A stretch of DNA of 64,000 nucleotides from Escherichia phage dhaeg, in the sequence record MN850609.1, one strand, 5' to 3'. Below are positions 35,711 to 49,690 of this stretch, in pieces. The notes beneath the pieces were generated by a model. It saw only the letters and a list, made by a program, of their open reading frames with translations. It searched no databases and was not told the origin of the DNA. The position numbers were made by a program, and so were the translations under genes. The first letter of the stretch is position 1; every line of letters begins with the position of its first letter.

Positions 35711-37693
35711 TTATACTAAAGGTCCAATCAATTCATCAAAATCAGCACCAGTGCTCGTTGCAACGAAGTTCAACGTGATGTAGTTAATAGAACGAGAAGG
35801 TTTTACGTATATATTAGCAATAAACTCGTTACGGTCGATAACCGCAGGGGTGTTCACTGTAGTATCACAAACCACACGTCCTTCATAAATCCCACCAAGT
35901 GCCTTAATACCATCTAAGTACTGAGAAACTTCCATACGGAAGCTTGAACGAGTGAAGTTATCGTTCAATTCAAACAGTTTATATTTAGAGGCATCACCGA
36001 TATTTTTCTTAAGCATGTTGAACAGACGGCGAACGTTAATGTGGTCCATCGGAGATGGAACTTTAGTTGCAGTCTTATCACCAAACAATACGAAACCATC
36101 ACCACCAGCAAAACCAACAACTGGGTTAATAGCTTCCTGGTACATGCGGTCGCGTTGTGCTTGGCGTGGTTCAATTGCCAATTTCAGAACGTTAAGAATC
36201 TGACCACGGTTATAACCAGCAGGAGACATCCAAGGCTGAGACACATCATCAGTACGTGCACACAAACCAGCCATATCAGCAGCCAGTGGTACCCAACGGT
36301 TTACGTCATTATATTTGTCATACTGATATTTATAGTTACCATCAATAGCAGCATAAGTGGTACTGATGTTCATGTTGTTGGCATCGAAATTACCAGCACC
36401 GGTACGCCAGTCAATAAGGTTATCTACTGCACGAGTCAGTGGAACGTTAACCAACAGTCCTTTAGGAGGAGAAATAAATGCTAAGCAATCCTGACGTTCA
36501 TCAGCAATACTCACAACGTGTTTCTGAACAGTAGAAGCCACTTCGTCGCCTTCACCAGCAACAGCACCGGCAATAAGCAGGTTAATATGGAGTGCTTCAC
36601 GATCGGCAAACAAATCCCAACCTTGCATCAAATCGCCTGCAGTAACTTTATCGTTAGCAGAAACACCGCCCATCAGATTAATGATACCGCTGAAGCCTTT
36701 AGGCCAGTTCAAAGAGGTAGCAAAAATATAGTTGGAAGTACCTTTAGCGAAATAGTCGTCAAGATAAATGTTATTACCGTAAACGTCTTTTTCACCTTCT
36801 TTGGTAGAAAGTACGACAGATTCTACGATAGCGCCATCGCGACGAACAATAATTGCGTATTGGTCATCTGTTTGCGGTCCGTAATTAAATACTGCCTTGG
36901 CAATAGAAGCACGGGTACCACCGCCAGGATAAATATCCAGCATTTTAGAAGAACCAGCATCATAAGCGGCTTTGGAAACGATTTCTACTTCCAGAGTAGA
37001 ACCAATTTCACCGGGATAAAGAGCCACTACGCCTGGCATAGCAAATTTCTTAAGAGAAGCTTGGAATTCAAGAGAAGTAATAGCTTCTTCACTATTCTCT
37101 GCTTCAGTCAAAAGAATACCGGAATCCGTAACAATTTTACCTACGGTAATAGTACCAGAAACACCGGAAGATGCAGAAGTAACTTCAGCGGTCCAAGCTG
37201 GGCCAAGGGTAGGATACTGGTTTAAAGAACGTGCATAAGCAATAATTTTTGCTGACGGAATAAACACGGAAAGAATTTTACCGTCTGTATCTACAGAAGT
37301 CACACGACCTTCAGATTCGACTACAGTTTGGTTATATTTAATATTGATTTTATCGCCTACTGCATAGTTGGAACCGGCCGTAGTAATAGTGGTCTCAATG
37401 TTACCAGCGATAGGAGATGCGTTTTTAGCAAATTCGCGACTAACAACACGAACTGTGCGAAGGTCATTACCATACTGGAGGAAGTTCATACCAGACATAA
37501 AGTAATCTGCTACTTCGTTATTAGGACCTCCAAATAAATCAACCAGTTCAACTTCATTAGTAATCTGAGTTACCTGGAAAGCAGGGCCCCACTGGAATTT
37601 ACCTACCAGCGCTGCACGACCCGTTGCGTTACGAACGACAGTACTCTGTACGGACGTTTCTTTGAGCTCAATGCCCGGTGATAATAAAGCCAT
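35711..37693 (-). CDS. 18: tail sheath protein gp18
   Basis: 660 aa (T4 gp18 about 659); between 17 and 19. Confidence 0.95.
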   Translation of the reverse strand: MALLSPGIELKETSVQSTVVRNATGRAALVGKFQWGPAFQVTQITNEVELVDLFGGPNNEVADYFMSGMNFLQYGNDLRTVRVVSREFAKNASPIAGNIETTITTAGSNYAVGDKINIKYNQTVVESEGRVTSVDTDGKILSVFIPSAKIIAYARSLNQYPTLGPAWTAEVTSASSGVSGTITVGKIVTDSGILLTEAENSEEAITSLEFQASLKKFAMPGVVALYPGEIGSTLEVEIVSKAAYDAGSSKMLDIYPGGGTRASIAKAVFNYGPQTDDQYAIIVRRDGAIVESVVLSTKEGEKDVYGNNIYLDDYFAKGTSNYIFATSLNWPKGFSGIINLMGGVSANDKVTAGDLMQGWDLFADREALHINLLIAGAVAGEGDEVASTVQKHVVSIADERQDCLAFISPPKGLLVNVPLTRAVDNLIDWRTGAGNFDANNMNISTTYAAIDGNYKYQYDKYNDVNRWVPLAADMAGLCARTDDVSQPWMSPAGYNRGQILNVLKLAIEPRQAQRDRMYQEAINPVVGFAGGDGFVLFGDKTATKVPSPMDHINVRRLFNMLKKNIGDASKYKLFELNDNFTRSSFRMEVSQYLDGIKALGGIYEGRVVCDTTVNTPAVIDRNEFIANIYVKPSRSINYITLNFVATSTGADFDELIGPLV

Positions 37694-37722
37694 TTTGAAT
37701 CCTCTTGGTTATGCTTTATTGT

Positions 37723-40032
<2,310 letters not shown>

Positions 40033-40036
<4 letters not shown>

Positions 40037-40899
40037 GGGTTTCTCCTTGGTGCTGGAGGCTCTGGTTCAACAGGCACCGGAATATCTTGTGAATACGTTT
40101 GAATGGACTTACCATCCCATTCTTTTTCTTCTACGCCTCTAGGAACTACTTCGCTATCAACCGATTCAAAATTACCTTCAGGAGCGAGTTCTTTAGAGTT
40201 GGCAAAGAAATCAAGATAAATGGTTTTGATTTCGCCTTCCATTTCTTTAACAGGAGGATATAGCCATCCGTTAACCTCAAACATCATAGACCATTCTAAG
40301 CGACGACGTGAAGTGGTATCACCTTCTAATTGTTCGTCCATTGCTATAGATTGGAACACAATACGAATATCACGGTCAAATTTAATTTCGTTTGTATAGA
40401 GTTCGGTAATTGTTGTATTAAAGTGAGGTTGGAAATACGGCATAATTTGTTCCACAATCTGGAACATATCATCTTGAGTTCTAGTGTAAATACCCAGTTC
40501 AAAAATCATTTTTACTGGAGTAGGAGAATATTGGCTGACTCGTTTCCGAGGGTCTCCATTCTCAAATTGAATTTGTGTTCTATTTTGAAGAGCCGTTTTG
40601 TATTGTGAGTTATAAAGCATGTCAACCATTTGGAGGTTCATACGTGGAAGAACAGTTTCCACTTTAGCTTTTTGTTCAGCCCTTTCTTTTGGGGACATAT
40701 TAGGATTTGGGATATTTTGAACTGCGGTCCACTTACCTAAATTAGCCATAAATCTTTCTTTAGAAGCATACGTAATAGGAACCTTAATAAATTTAAGCCC
40801 TGTATCTTCTCTTTGACGTGCTACTTGAACATGGGAAAATAAATCACCCATCAAAACAATATAGCGACGTAGCGAACTATTATACCAATGTCCAAACAT
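40033..40899 (-). CDS. 15: tail sheath stabiliser / tail completion protein gp15
   Basis: 288 aa from the ATG one codon inside the TTG-initiated listed ORF, with AGGAGG SD. Confidence 0.85.
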
Positions 40900-40913
40900 C
40901 AAACCTCCTAAAA

Positions 40914-40930
40914 TGGCGCATAGTGCGCCA
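40914..40930 (-). other. hairpin tggcgca-NNN-tgcgcca between genes 14 and 15
   Basis: 7-bp stem directly upstream of the gene 15 SD. Confidence 0.4.
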
Positions 40931-40938
40931 TGTATTAT

Positions 40939-41712
40939 TTAATCATCTAAAAAAGCATCATCAAATGCTGTAGGAGGAGCATCTTCTCCTCTACCATTAA
41001 TCACCACATAAGGATGTACGAATTCCGCTGCTTCAGCATTAATCTCATTAACCTCTTCATATTGGATATCAGAGATATCAGCCAACCCGTCGATATTTTT
41101 AACAGGCATTAAATCAAGCTCACTGAATTCAGGAATATTAATACCTTCATTTCTCTGTAATTCAGGACGAAGTTCTTCACCATTATAAATGAACTTGGTA
41201 GCAGTAATACGACGCTGGACGTTTGTACCAACTTGATAGAACGGGTCGTAAGGTTGAACCCAATTAATTTCAAATAGACTGTTGTCCATAGGGAAATAAA
41301 TCAAGTCACCTGAAACAGGTTCAGTACCATTGCATTGATGTTTAAAAAGGTTAGGGTTAATTGTGATTGTTACTTCATCATTAACCATCATACCGAACTT
41401 ACTGAAATAAGTATTGTCACCGGAATAACCTTCAAAGGAATCTAAATAACCTGCAAACTTCCAGGCTTTAGTAAATTTGTTCTGAAGGTCTTCGCCAAAT
41501 AGCTGGTCTGGTTTAACATATTCACGTGGTATATAATAAAGCTCGATACCACGCATTTGAATAGACTCAGCAACTAAAGCATCAGCCAATGTTTGGGTGT
41601 TCTCATGGCGATAAAAGTTGACGAATGGGTTCATTATTTCAGTTTCGTTCGTGTTAGCATAGCCAGTATTATCTTCTAGCTTAGCGAATAAACTCGAATC
41701 GAAAGTAGCCAT
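40939..41712 (-). CDS. 14: neck protein gp14
   Basis: 257 aa (T4 gp14 about 256); position 13-14-15. Confidence 0.85.
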   Translation of the reverse strand: MATFDSSLFAKLEDNTGYANTNETEIMNPFVNFYRHENTQTLADALVAESIQMRGIELYYIPREYVKPDQLFGEDLQNKFTKAWKFAGYLDSFEGYSGDNTYFSKFGMMVNDEVTITINPNLFKHQCNGTEPVSGDLIYFPMDNSLFEINWVQPYDPFYQVGTNVQRRITATKFIYNGEELRPELQRNEGINIPEFSELDLMPVKNIDGLADISDIQYEEVNEINAEAAEFVHPYVVINGRGEDAPPTAFDDAFLDD

Positions 41713-41714
41713 AA

Positions 41715-42647
41715 TTATCCAATTAAAATAGGTGTTGGTGGGTCGAGCAAATCTAATTCTTCACGAAGACGTTCTTTTTCTAAACGAGCCTCTTCAATCA
41801 ATCGAATACCATCTACAGTGGTTCCACCTGCAAGTTGCATGCCTTGGTGTTTGGCTAGAATATTGCCATTGACTTCTTTAACCAATGCAGTGGCATAATC
41901 TTTAACCCAACGGTTATTATATGCACCGTCCTGAAGGCCGAGGTCCTCGCCTACGCGCATACCGGAAATACGACGAGATGGGTTATCCCAAATAGCACCT
42001 GGGCTCCATTCGTTTTCACCACAGGCCGAAGCATAACCATAGCCTACGGTATTTCCAACCATAGAATCAACCCCATTAAAAGAACGAGTATAAACTTCGA
42101 TTACAATAAAATCGCCTTTAACAAAGTTACCCATTACCTTCAATTGTTCAGTGGCATCGTTATACCAATAATCTGGTAGTGGAACCAAAAGGTCCTGCAT
42201 CATAGAACGATATTGCATTAGCTGCGTAAAATAACCAAGGTCGGCGCCGAAGGCATTAGGTCCGAAACTGTTACATGAAGACCCAAGCCCACCATTAATA
42301 CCAGCTAAGCCTAATACAAAATCTGTAAACCAGGGATAAGTTGCTTGCCCATCCATAGATGTTAAAGAACCAACGTTAGTTCTCAAAATTTGTGTTACTG
42401 CAAATATATTACGTCCTTTAAGGTCGAATACACCATTACGGAATTTTTCTTCATCGTCGTGGCCGATATAAAAAGCCTGATATCCTTTGTTATACCCGTT
42501 ATAATGGTATTCACCGTAGAGCTCTAGAGCACGCTGGATGCAATCATATACTTGGTCTGTAGTTACTTCAATATTTGTAATCGGTGCACCCAGGCGGCGC
42601 AGAATAGCGTCCTTGAGTTGCTTAGGGTTGAATGATTCGCTTGCCAT
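41715..42647 (-). CDS. 13: neck protein gp13
   Basis: 310 aa (T4 gp13 about 309); position wac-13-14. Confidence 0.85.
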   Translation of the reverse strand: MASESFNPKQLKDAILRRLGAPITNIEVTTDQVYDCIQRALELYGEYHYNGYNKGYQAFYIGHDDEEKFRNGVFDLKGRNIFAVTQILRTNVGSLTSMDGQATYPWFTDFVLGLAGINGGLGSSCNSFGPNAFGADLGYFTQLMQYRSMMQDLLVPLPDYWYNDATEQLKVMGNFVKGDFIVIEVYTRSFNGVDSMVGNTVGYGYASACGENEWSPGAIWDNPSRRISGMRVGEDLGLQDGAYNNRWVKDYATALVKEVNGNILAKHQGMQLAGGTTVDGIRLIEEARLEKERLREELDLLDPPTPILIG

Positions 42648-42668
42648 ATTTTATTCCTCTAATAACCG

Positions 42669-42676
42669 TATTTATA
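42669..42676 (-). promoter_or_regulatory. late promoter TATAAATA for gene 13
   Basis: Reverse complement of tatttata about 22 nt upstream of the gene 13 ATG. Confidence 0.6.
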
Positions 42677-42680
42677 GCAA

Positions 42681-42700
42681 AAAAGGGCCGAAGCCCTTTT
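42681..42700 (-). terminator. terminator hairpin aaaagggc-cgaa-gccctttt after wac
   Basis: 8-bp stem with T tract immediately after the wac stop. Confidence 0.65.
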
Positions 42701-42702
42701 TA

Positions 42703-44772
42703 TTATGGTGCTGAGTTTAAAGTCACAAAATCAGACAATAATACCCATGCGTTATCAACCAGAACGTACGGGAGTCCGTCTGCAGCAGGAGCCACCGGCG
42801 GACGTTTAGCTAATTCTGTTTCTAAGGCTGTAATTTTACCTTCGGCGGTGGTTAAACGGGTTCCTAAATCGGCAACTTTATCCGATTCAACCTTAACTGC
42901 GGCTAAATCGGACTGAAGGGTAGTTATTTTACCTTCAGCTGTTGTTACACGAGTTGTTAAAGGAGCTATTTTAGCGGTATCTAATTTAATATCAGTAATT
43001 TCGCCTTCATTAGCTGCTACTCGCCCGGTTAAAGTAACGATATCACCTTTATTCTTGGTTATATCGGCTTTAATAGGGGTTAATTGTGATTCTATAGAAC
43101 TCACATCTAAAGCCAAAGCCGTAACATCAGAATCGGTTGTATCCGTCTTGGTTTCCAATGCGGTTATTTTGCCATTAATAGTTACGTCACTTTCTTCCAA
43201 AGCAGTAATACGATTATCTTGCTCAGTGTCTTTGGATTTTAACAAAACAACATCGGCTTTAATTTCTCCTACTGAAGTGTTTAAAGCACCAGTTCTGGTA
43301 TCAAGAGAAGAAATGGAGGCGTCATTAGTATCGACTCTAGCCGTTAAGGCTGATACCTTACCATCAGTAACCAATAAAGAAGCTTTTACTGCATCGATTT
43401 CTGTAGTACCATCAAGGATTTCCGTCCATGCCGAATCCTTACGTCCATACAATTTACCATCAGTAGGTGCTTCACCCAATTTAGTAGGCATCTGAGCTTC
43501 AAGGCCTTTAACCGAGTTTATTAATCCTCGTTCTTCTACGGTACTACCGTTAGGGTTGGTTCCTTCAATTTGGTTGGTGATTTTAAGAATAGAACCTTTG
43601 ATGCCTGTTTGGTTATTACCAATTTCGGCCTGCAAATCCTGAATAGTAGAGGCTGAAGTATTGCCTTGAGTTGTAAGGTCGTTCAAACGTTTATTGATTG
43701 TTCCTGCTGCCGGACTCACATCCGCACCGATTTTACGGTCTATATCAGAAACCTGGAAACGAAGCCCTTCAGATGAACTAGCACCAACTATGGTTTTTAA
43801 CTCATTAACATCAGTACGCAAGCCGCCCAATCTGCCGTTAATAGACGTAGGGGTATCGGCAGTACCGATGGCAGTTTCTACTGCAGTAACCCTAGGGACC
43901 AATCCATTATTAACAGTGTTTTCTAAAGTAGACGTTTTAGTTTCTAATGTAGTTACTCTGGTATCAATAGAGCCCTTATTAAAGCCTATACTGGTTTTGA
44001 TAGAATCTATCGATTCATTAAAGTTTACGGCTGCCGTTTCGAGAGCTGAAATTCTAGTATAAGCAGGTTGTTTACCTACCGTATCAATATGTGGACCAAG
44101 TTCTTCACGAATTTCGTTAAGTTTAAGCCCAAGTTGACCTACATCAGAATCTTCATAATTCTTTTCAAGGGTATCTATACGTTGCGAATGGTCGACAATA
44201 GCACTGGTATTATCCATAATACGACGTTTCATACCGGTGGCTTCAGAAGTTTCACCGGGAGGAAGCGGCTGGCTGTTTATATCTTGGTTTGCATAATGGC
44301 CAATTTCTGATTTAAGAAGATTTATATTTTCTCTAACAGTGAGATACGGGCCATCTAAAGACGGGTCATAATAACCGACATCTTCTTCTAAAAAATTAAA
44401 ATTAACTGTTAAGTCGCCTAAGTCCTTTTTAGTCTCGGAAGCCTTTTCATCTACAGCCAATATATCGACACGGTTCTTTTCAATTTGCTGAATAACAGCC
44501 GTATCAGTAGAAATATCAAGGGCTTCATTAATCAAATTAACGTTATCCACAAGCTCGTTAATTTTGTCTTTAGAAGCTATGCTGTTTTCTTCTAATCTAA
44601 CTACGTTAGTTTGTACTCCTAAAGCAGGGGCATTCAAATTACCGTCGTGACCGTATTTAGTCGTGGCTCCTTCAATACATTCGCCATTGCGTATCCAACG
44701 GATACGCTCTTGGGATGCATCAGGTACACCATCGACAAACGGAAGTTCTTTAATACTCAGTTTGTCAATCAT
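42703..44772 (-). CDS. wac: fibritin (whisker / neck fibre, wac), extended form
   Basis: 689 aa, largely coiled-coil; C-terminal foldon-like ...APAADGLPYVLVDNAWVLLSDF (T4 foldon [20 protein letters not shown]); between 12 and 13. Confidence 0.8.
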   Translation of the reverse strand: MIDKLSIKELPFVDGVPDASQERIRWIRNGECIEGATTKYGHDGNLNAPALGVQTNVVRLEENSIASKDKINELVDNVNLINEALDISTDTAVIQQIEKNRVDILAVDEKASETKKDLGDLTVNFNFLEEDVGYYDPSLDGPYLTVRENINLLKSEIGHYANQDINSQPLPPGETSEATGMKRRIMDNTSAIVDHSQRIDTLEKNYEDSDVGQLGLKLNEIREELGPHIDTVGKQPAYTRISALETAAVNFNESIDSIKTSIGFNKGSIDTRVTTLETKTSTLENTVNNGLVPRVTAVETAIGTADTPTSINGRLGGLRTDVNELKTIVGASSSEGLRFQVSDIDRKIGADVSPAAGTINKRLNDLTTQGNTSASTIQDLQAEIGNNQTGIKGSILKITNQIEGTNPNGSTVEERGLINSVKGLEAQMPTKLGEAPTDGKLYGRKDSAWTEILDGTTEIDAVKASLLVTDGKVSALTARVDTNDASISSLDTRTGALNTSVGEIKADVVLLKSKDTEQDNRITALEESDVTINGKITALETKTDTTDSDVTALALDVSSIESQLTPIKADITKNKGDIVTLTGRVAANEGEITDIKLDTAKIAPLTTRVTTAEGKITTLQSDLAAVKVESDKVADLGTRLTTAEGKITALETELAKRPPVAPAADGLPYVLVDNAWVLLSDFVTLNSAP

Positions 44773-44781
44773 TTTATTTCC

Positions 44782-46314
44782 TTAAGCAACTTTAATAATG
44801 AATAGGATGGACATAGTCCAAGGACGGTTTTCGTTACCAATTAACCCTTCACTGTTTAGGGTAGTTCTTGAATCTCGTGAACCGGAACCGTCAATTTCGT
44901 ATCCTTCGTTTGTAAAGTAAGAACGGTTATCCCAGTCTAATCCTTTACGAGTACCGGCAAAGTTGGAACGAACAGTGTTACCAAAAGCACCTGCGTTATC
45001 ATGTTCACCAAAACCACCTGCATGTTTATGGAACCGAAGTTGTTGAGCTTGTACTGTACCGTGTCCATATGAACCACAACCTACACCTAATTTTGGTTTG
45101 CCTTTGGCGTCGTTACCTTTGGCGTCTCTAATTCTAACGTTGGCGTCCCATTCTTTTAATCCACCGTCATTAGTTTGGTTTGCACCTCTAGGATATAATC
45201 CACGGAAGTCAGGACGAGCACCAGTTGAGCCCCATTTACTACCAACTACGTTTCGGAATCCTTGCTCACCAGAGTTACCACCATCACAAACGGCCCAACC
45301 TGCAGGGATATTGTTAATTTGGCCTCCCCACATAACGATAGTACCAATAGGAACAGAATCTTTTAATTGGTCGACAGTAACAACATCACGCCCATTACGA
45401 CGTAAAGTACCATTAACGTTTAAAGTACCATTAATAGTACCACCGGTGGTAGAAATAACGTTAGCATTATATGCCAATGCTGTACTTCCATCGCCAGAAC
45501 CCACGGTAGTTGTGGTTTTAAGAAGGCCTATTCTACCGGTATTACCCGTTCTTGACAAAAGGGTTTGAGGCGTAATAGCTTTATTTGCATCAATTCCGGC
45601 CGAAACTTCAGCTCCAGTGGCTAATTGAACCAGTCCACGTCGAGAAGTATTAGAAGTTAAAGAAATAAGCCCTGATGGAGAAATTGCGACGCCATTAGTC
45701 AATGTGCCATTTGCCACTTCGGCATTTGTCGCGATTCTAACAATACCTTCAGTAGTTTGTGTTGCACTTGCATAAGTTGGTAAGGCCGATGTAGCGGCTC
45801 CAATTGCCTGTGCGGTTTTAAGAGGCGTCATAGCCGTAGTATCATCTGTACCCGCTAAAGCCGCTGGCAAGGTTGAAATCTTGAGTACACCTGTAGTGTT
45901 CTCTGTGGCTAAACGATTGGTGAATGTATAATCTATAGTAGCCTTCAAAGATGATGCTACGATTGCAGCCTGGGTCTCTGTCCCAGCGATGGCCTCATCA
46001 TTAGTAGCATAACGTGTGATACCTACATAGGTTTCAGTTGCTTGAGTAGGAATGTCCAAGCGGCCTTTTAAAGTAGCCGGGGTCACAGCAGAGAAAGTAT
46101 CAGTGCCATCAATAACTTCTTGTTGGGTGGCTAATCTAATAATACCCTGTTCTGTTTCGGATGCGGCCGGAATATTACCTGTAACACCTATAGCAGAAAT
46201 GGATGATAAGGCGTCTTGGACGTTGGTAATACTAGGGTCAAAATTCGACCCGGTAGGGTCGAATGTTTTAAATTCCGATTTATCACTTATATGTTTTAGT
46301 GTATTTGTAGACAT
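44782..46314 (-). CDS. 12: short tail fibre protein gp12
   Basis: 510 aa (T4 gp12 527); position 11-12-wac. Confidence 0.8.
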   Translation of the reverse strand: MSTNTLKHISDKSEFKTFDPTGSNFDPSITNVQDALSSISAIGVTGNIPAASETEQGIIRLATQQEVIDGTDTFSAVTPATLKGRLDIPTQATETYVGITRYATNDEAIAGTETQAAIVASSLKATIDYTFTNRLATENTTGVLKISTLPAALAGTDDTTAMTPLKTAQAIGAATSALPTYASATQTTEGIVRIATNAEVANGTLTNGVAISPSGLISLTSNTSRRGLVQLATGAEVSAGIDANKAITPQTLLSRTGNTGRIGLLKTTTTVGSGDGSTALAYNANVISTTGGTINGTLNVNGTLRRNGRDVVTVDQLKDSVPIGTIVMWGGQINNIPAGWAVCDGGNSGEQGFRNVVGSKWGSTGARPDFRGLYPRGANQTNDGGLKEWDANVRIRDAKGNDAKGKPKLGVGCGSYGHGTVQAQQLRFHKHAGGFGEHDNAGAFGNTVRSNFAGTRKGLDWDNRSYFTNEGYEIDGSGSRDSRTTLNSEGLIGNENRPWTMSILFIIKVA

Positions 46315-46979
46315 TAACTTACTCGCTTATAGTGATATAAAGTTGTAGTTCCATTTATAGTTCCACCGGTCATAGATTCTGTAGTAGAACCTAAATATTC
46401 CCAGTATCCATAACCTGCACGAGGCTCTTGGACTATAGTTTGGGAAATGGTACATCCAGCCTGTTTAAATGGCTCAAAAATATGGTTTTGGTAGTCGTTA
46501 TATTTAATGTTTAAAGTAGATTGGTCCAGAGGGTCGATAGAGGTTTCTGCTAAAATATAACTATTAGCAATAGCGCTTATAAAAACATCGTTAACTTTAG
46601 AAGCAACCAGAACCGAAGAATCACCCACAATAACTTCAACAGGCAAACCAAATACCTTAATTATAACCGTATCGCCTAATTCGCCACCAGAAGAAATGGA
46701 GCCAGAGAAAGTTAATTTATCAGATTGTTGGATAAAGCCAGGCGCTCTGTTTTCGGTAGTAGTTACCACCGCATTAACAGGAAGTTCTGCGCGGAAAGCA
46801 ATATCATCAATAGCACTTTGGACTGTAGGGTAATAAACGCCTTTTCGGGTTTGGTTTGCCGATGGACCACCAATAGGGCGTTGACCTGCCACTGCGGCAG
46901 GTTGATTAGTTGTAAAAGAAAATTCTAAAAAGTCGGCAAGGCGGGATTTTAACCCGCTTTTCATTTCTGTTAAAGTCAT
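46314..46979 (-). CDS. 11: baseplate wedge / short-tail-fibre attachment protein gp11
   Basis: 221 aa (T4 gp11 219); translationally coupled to 10 and 12. Confidence 0.8.
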   Translation of the reverse strand: MTLTEMKSGLKSRLADFLEFSFTTNQPAAVAGQRPIGGPSANQTRKGVYYPTVQSAIDDIAFRAELPVNAVVTTTENRAPGFIQQSDKLTFSGSISSGGELGDTVIIKVFGLPVEVIVGDSSVLVASKVNDVFISAIANSYILAETSIDPLDQSTLNIKYNDYQNHIFEPFKQAGCTISQTIVQEPRAGYGYWEYLGSTTESMTGGTINGTTTLYHYKRVS

Positions 46980-48790
46980 TACGCAATCCTCACCCAGCGA
47001 TAAACGGTTGTATATGGAGGCAATGTATTAATTGGAATAGGCGTTGTAGATTGCTGCTTGTTTATTGTAGCTTTATCTTCACGATATTTGGTATAAGCAG
47101 GACCTTGTGCATCCGGGTCTACCAAACATCCACCGATAACAATAGGGCCATTATCATCAGCAACTAATACCTTGTCATCTGTATTAAGTTCAGGAACATT
47201 TTCATATTTAATCGAAATATTATGAGAACCACCTGTTCCACCTGCGGTAGATTTAGGAATACCAGAAGAATCCAAATCGTTATTGTTCGCATTGAACAAT
47301 GAATCTGCATCCGGCGACCAACCTACAAGGAAACTATCAGATAAACGTTTCCAACTACCCATACCCATATAAGTTGCAGGGTTATTAGGGTTCACCGTGT
47401 TCTCGTAAATTGTCCCTATTGGATGGAACAAATCGAACATCACTGCAGCCGTATTAATAGAAACTTCGGATTCTGCAACAGGTTCAAAGTTAGGAGAAAA
47501 TGGATTATCCACATCAGTAATACGAACCTGGCCGGTTAAAGACACCGAAGGACCTTGAGAAATGTAGATATCATTTGTAGTATCCAAAATCTCATCAATA
47601 GTCATGGTAGTACCAATATCATTATTATACCAAATTACGGTAAGGATATCACCATGTTCTAATTTACGTCCAAATTCGAATGATTCGATTTTATCGTCAT
47701 CTGCAATATTCAAAATATAATCAGATTTAGATTGTGTCCATACACCACCCGAATCAGCACAAAGAGCTGCATCATCAGTATCAACACCTTCACAATAGAA
47801 AGCAGGGAACCCTGCAGTACCAGCTTGGTGCAATAAAGTACTGTTAAGCATTACCTGGCAAGCATTAGGGTTAATAGGGCTTGTAGGAGAAACATTTAAT
47901 TCCACCGCGGTAATAGTCTGTATGGTAGAAAGGTCTAATACTACTTTAGAACCGTTAACTGTGGTTTCATGGGTAAGGGTTTTATCTAAAATAGTAATAT
48001 CACGACGATTATAAGAACTACGCCATTGGGCCAATCCATCGTTATAGGATTTAATGATTACTGTATCACCGGCTTCACATGGATATTTCAAACGGATATC
48101 TTTACCGTTCAATTCAACCAATTCGCCTGGGTTAGCGCCTGGGCTACCGAACTCTGAAGTGGCTTCATCAAATATATCATCTACACCATAAAACAAGGTG
48201 TTACCACGTTGAATTACGCTAAGACTAGAAATATTATAGGTTAATCCTGGGAAAATATCCAAGAAATCGGTTTGGCCTTCAGTAGCAATAAACTGTTTGG
48301 TTGCTACAGTAGCGAGGTCGTTATTTGGAATACGGTTAACTTGCTTGTTCTCAACATATTCCCAGCGACCCGGAGCACAATAGACAAGTTCAAGGTCAGC
48401 AAAGTTACGGGCTATTTCAACCTGTACAGCAGAGCCTTTAATCGTATCACCTGGAGCAGGTATAATTGTTACAGGGTTAGCTTGCCAAGAAGAATAAACG
48501 TCACGCAAACGAATTACAAAGTTATATTCTGAAGGGGTACCTTTAGGAAGTTGAACGTTAATCCTTCCACCCTGGGTATTCAACGTATAGCTATGACCCA
48601 TAACAGCATTAAGTAAAGGACCATCTGCAGTAGAATATTGTTTCCAGGCACCAGCAGCGTGAGGATTATCTCCATCACCTAATTGATAGTATAACTCGTT
48701 AAAGTTATTATTGATTTTTAGACCACCTGCGCGCAGGTAATCTCCGGAGCCATCATCAACGGCCTGGCCTATTTTTAATTCTTGTTTCAT
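46979..48790 (-). CDS. 10: baseplate wedge protein gp10
   Basis: 603 aa (T4 gp10 602). Confidence 0.85.
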   Translation of the reverse strand: MKQELKIGQAVDDGSGDYLRAGGLKINNNFNELYYQLGDGDNPHAAGAWKQYSTADGPLLNAVMGHSYTLNTQGGRINVQLPKGTPSEYNFVIRLRDVYSSWQANPVTIIPAPGDTIKGSAVQVEIARNFADLELVYCAPGRWEYVENKQVNRIPNNDLATVATKQFIATEGQTDFLDIFPGLTYNISSLSVIQRGNTLFYGVDDIFDEATSEFGSPGANPGELVELNGKDIRLKYPCEAGDTVIIKSYNDGLAQWRSSYNRRDITILDKTLTHETTVNGSKVVLDLSTIQTITAVELNVSPTSPINPNACQVMLNSTLLHQAGTAGFPAFYCEGVDTDDAALCADSGGVWTQSKSDYILNIADDDKIESFEFGRKLEHGDILTVIWYNNDIGTTMTIDEILDTTNDIYISQGPSVSLTGQVRITDVDNPFSPNFEPVAESEVSINTAAVMFDLFHPIGTIYENTVNPNNPATYMGMGSWKRLSDSFLVGWSPDADSLFNANNNDLDSSGIPKSTAGGTGGSHNISIKYENVPELNTDDKVLVADDNGPIVIGGCLVDPDAQGPAYTKYREDKATINKQQSTTPIPINTLPPYTTVYRWVRIA

Positions 48791-49650
48791 TATAATGGAA
48801 CTCCAATAGTTTGGGTATCTACGACTTTAATTGCTAATCTCATAGGGGTTTCAGATGATGCCGTAGCCACTATATAGTTAGAGGTATCAAATTTAAAATC
48901 GAGTTTGTAAATTTCGTCTTCATCAGTGGTCTGTCCACGACGGATAACAGCATATTCGGTGGAATATATTTTTTTAGCTTGGTTATCCATAAACAAAAGA
49001 TATTCAGAAGCTTTATAAATGGTTTCATTAGCATTTACTGCGGTAACTAAAAGCTTGACCAAAGAATATTGACCTGAAAAAACCACCGGTATATCTCTAG
49101 GTACGTTAGAAATGTTATATGTTCTATTTAACGGCACTCGTTTATCACCAAACATGCTCTCAATAGAATAATCCCATACAGCTATACCGTTGATGTCACT
49201 TACACACCATAATAGAACTCTAGTATAAGGAGTTACTATTCTTAGGGTTGATGTAGGATGGTTTAAAAACGAATCCAATATACGGATTTCAAGATAGTTG
49301 GTAGCTGAAATACTTCCATTAGAGTTAATTATTTCAATACCTTCACCTACGGCTCCTTTTACCGTGGTTAACACTATAGAACCTGTAGAAGCATCAATAT
49401 CAACCAAAGAACCAAGGTCAACAGAACTTGCTTGGTCGGTATCGCCAAATTTTTGATAGTATCCAGTGGCATGTAATTTCTGACCGGTAGTTTCGCCTGT
49501 AAGAGCGGTTTTACGTTGGTCACCAAAGGTATTATAGATGTTGTTTAAGTCGGTGTTTAGTTTAACACCACCGTCATAAAGAATGTCGCCGGTGCTAGCA
49601 TTACCAATTTCACCAACGTCAATTAGTAATTTACCAGTTTGCTTAATCAT
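48790..49650 (-). CDS. 9: baseplate wedge / long-tail-fibre socket protein gp9
   Basis: 286 aa (T4 gp9 288). Confidence 0.8.
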   Translation of the reverse strand: MIKQTGKLLIDVGEIGNASTGDILYDGGVKLNTDLNNIYNTFGDQRKTALTGETTGQKLHATGYYQKFGDTDQASSVDLGSLVDIDASTGSIVLTTVKGAVGEGIEIINSNGSISATNYLEIRILDSFLNHPTSTLRIVTPYTRVLLWCVSDINGIAVWDYSIESMFGDKRVPLNRTYNISNVPRDIPVVFSGQYSLVKLLVTAVNANETIYKASEYLLFMDNQAKKIYSTEYAVIRRGQTTDEDEIYKLDFKFDTSNYIVATASSETPMRLAIKVVDTQTIGVPL

Positions 49651-49676
49651 AGGTATGCCTCATTATTGATATAATG

Positions 49677-49684
49677 TATTTATA
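49677..49684 (-). promoter_or_regulatory. late promoter TATAAATA for gene 9
   Basis: Reverse complement of tatttata about 27 nt upstream of the gene 9 ATG. Confidence 0.6.
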
Positions 49685-49690
49685 CCCCCG

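Noticed and set aside
36518-37225. 235-aa plus-strand ORF antisense to gene 18
   Set aside because: Embedded in the tail sheath gene on the opposite strand; shadow ORF.
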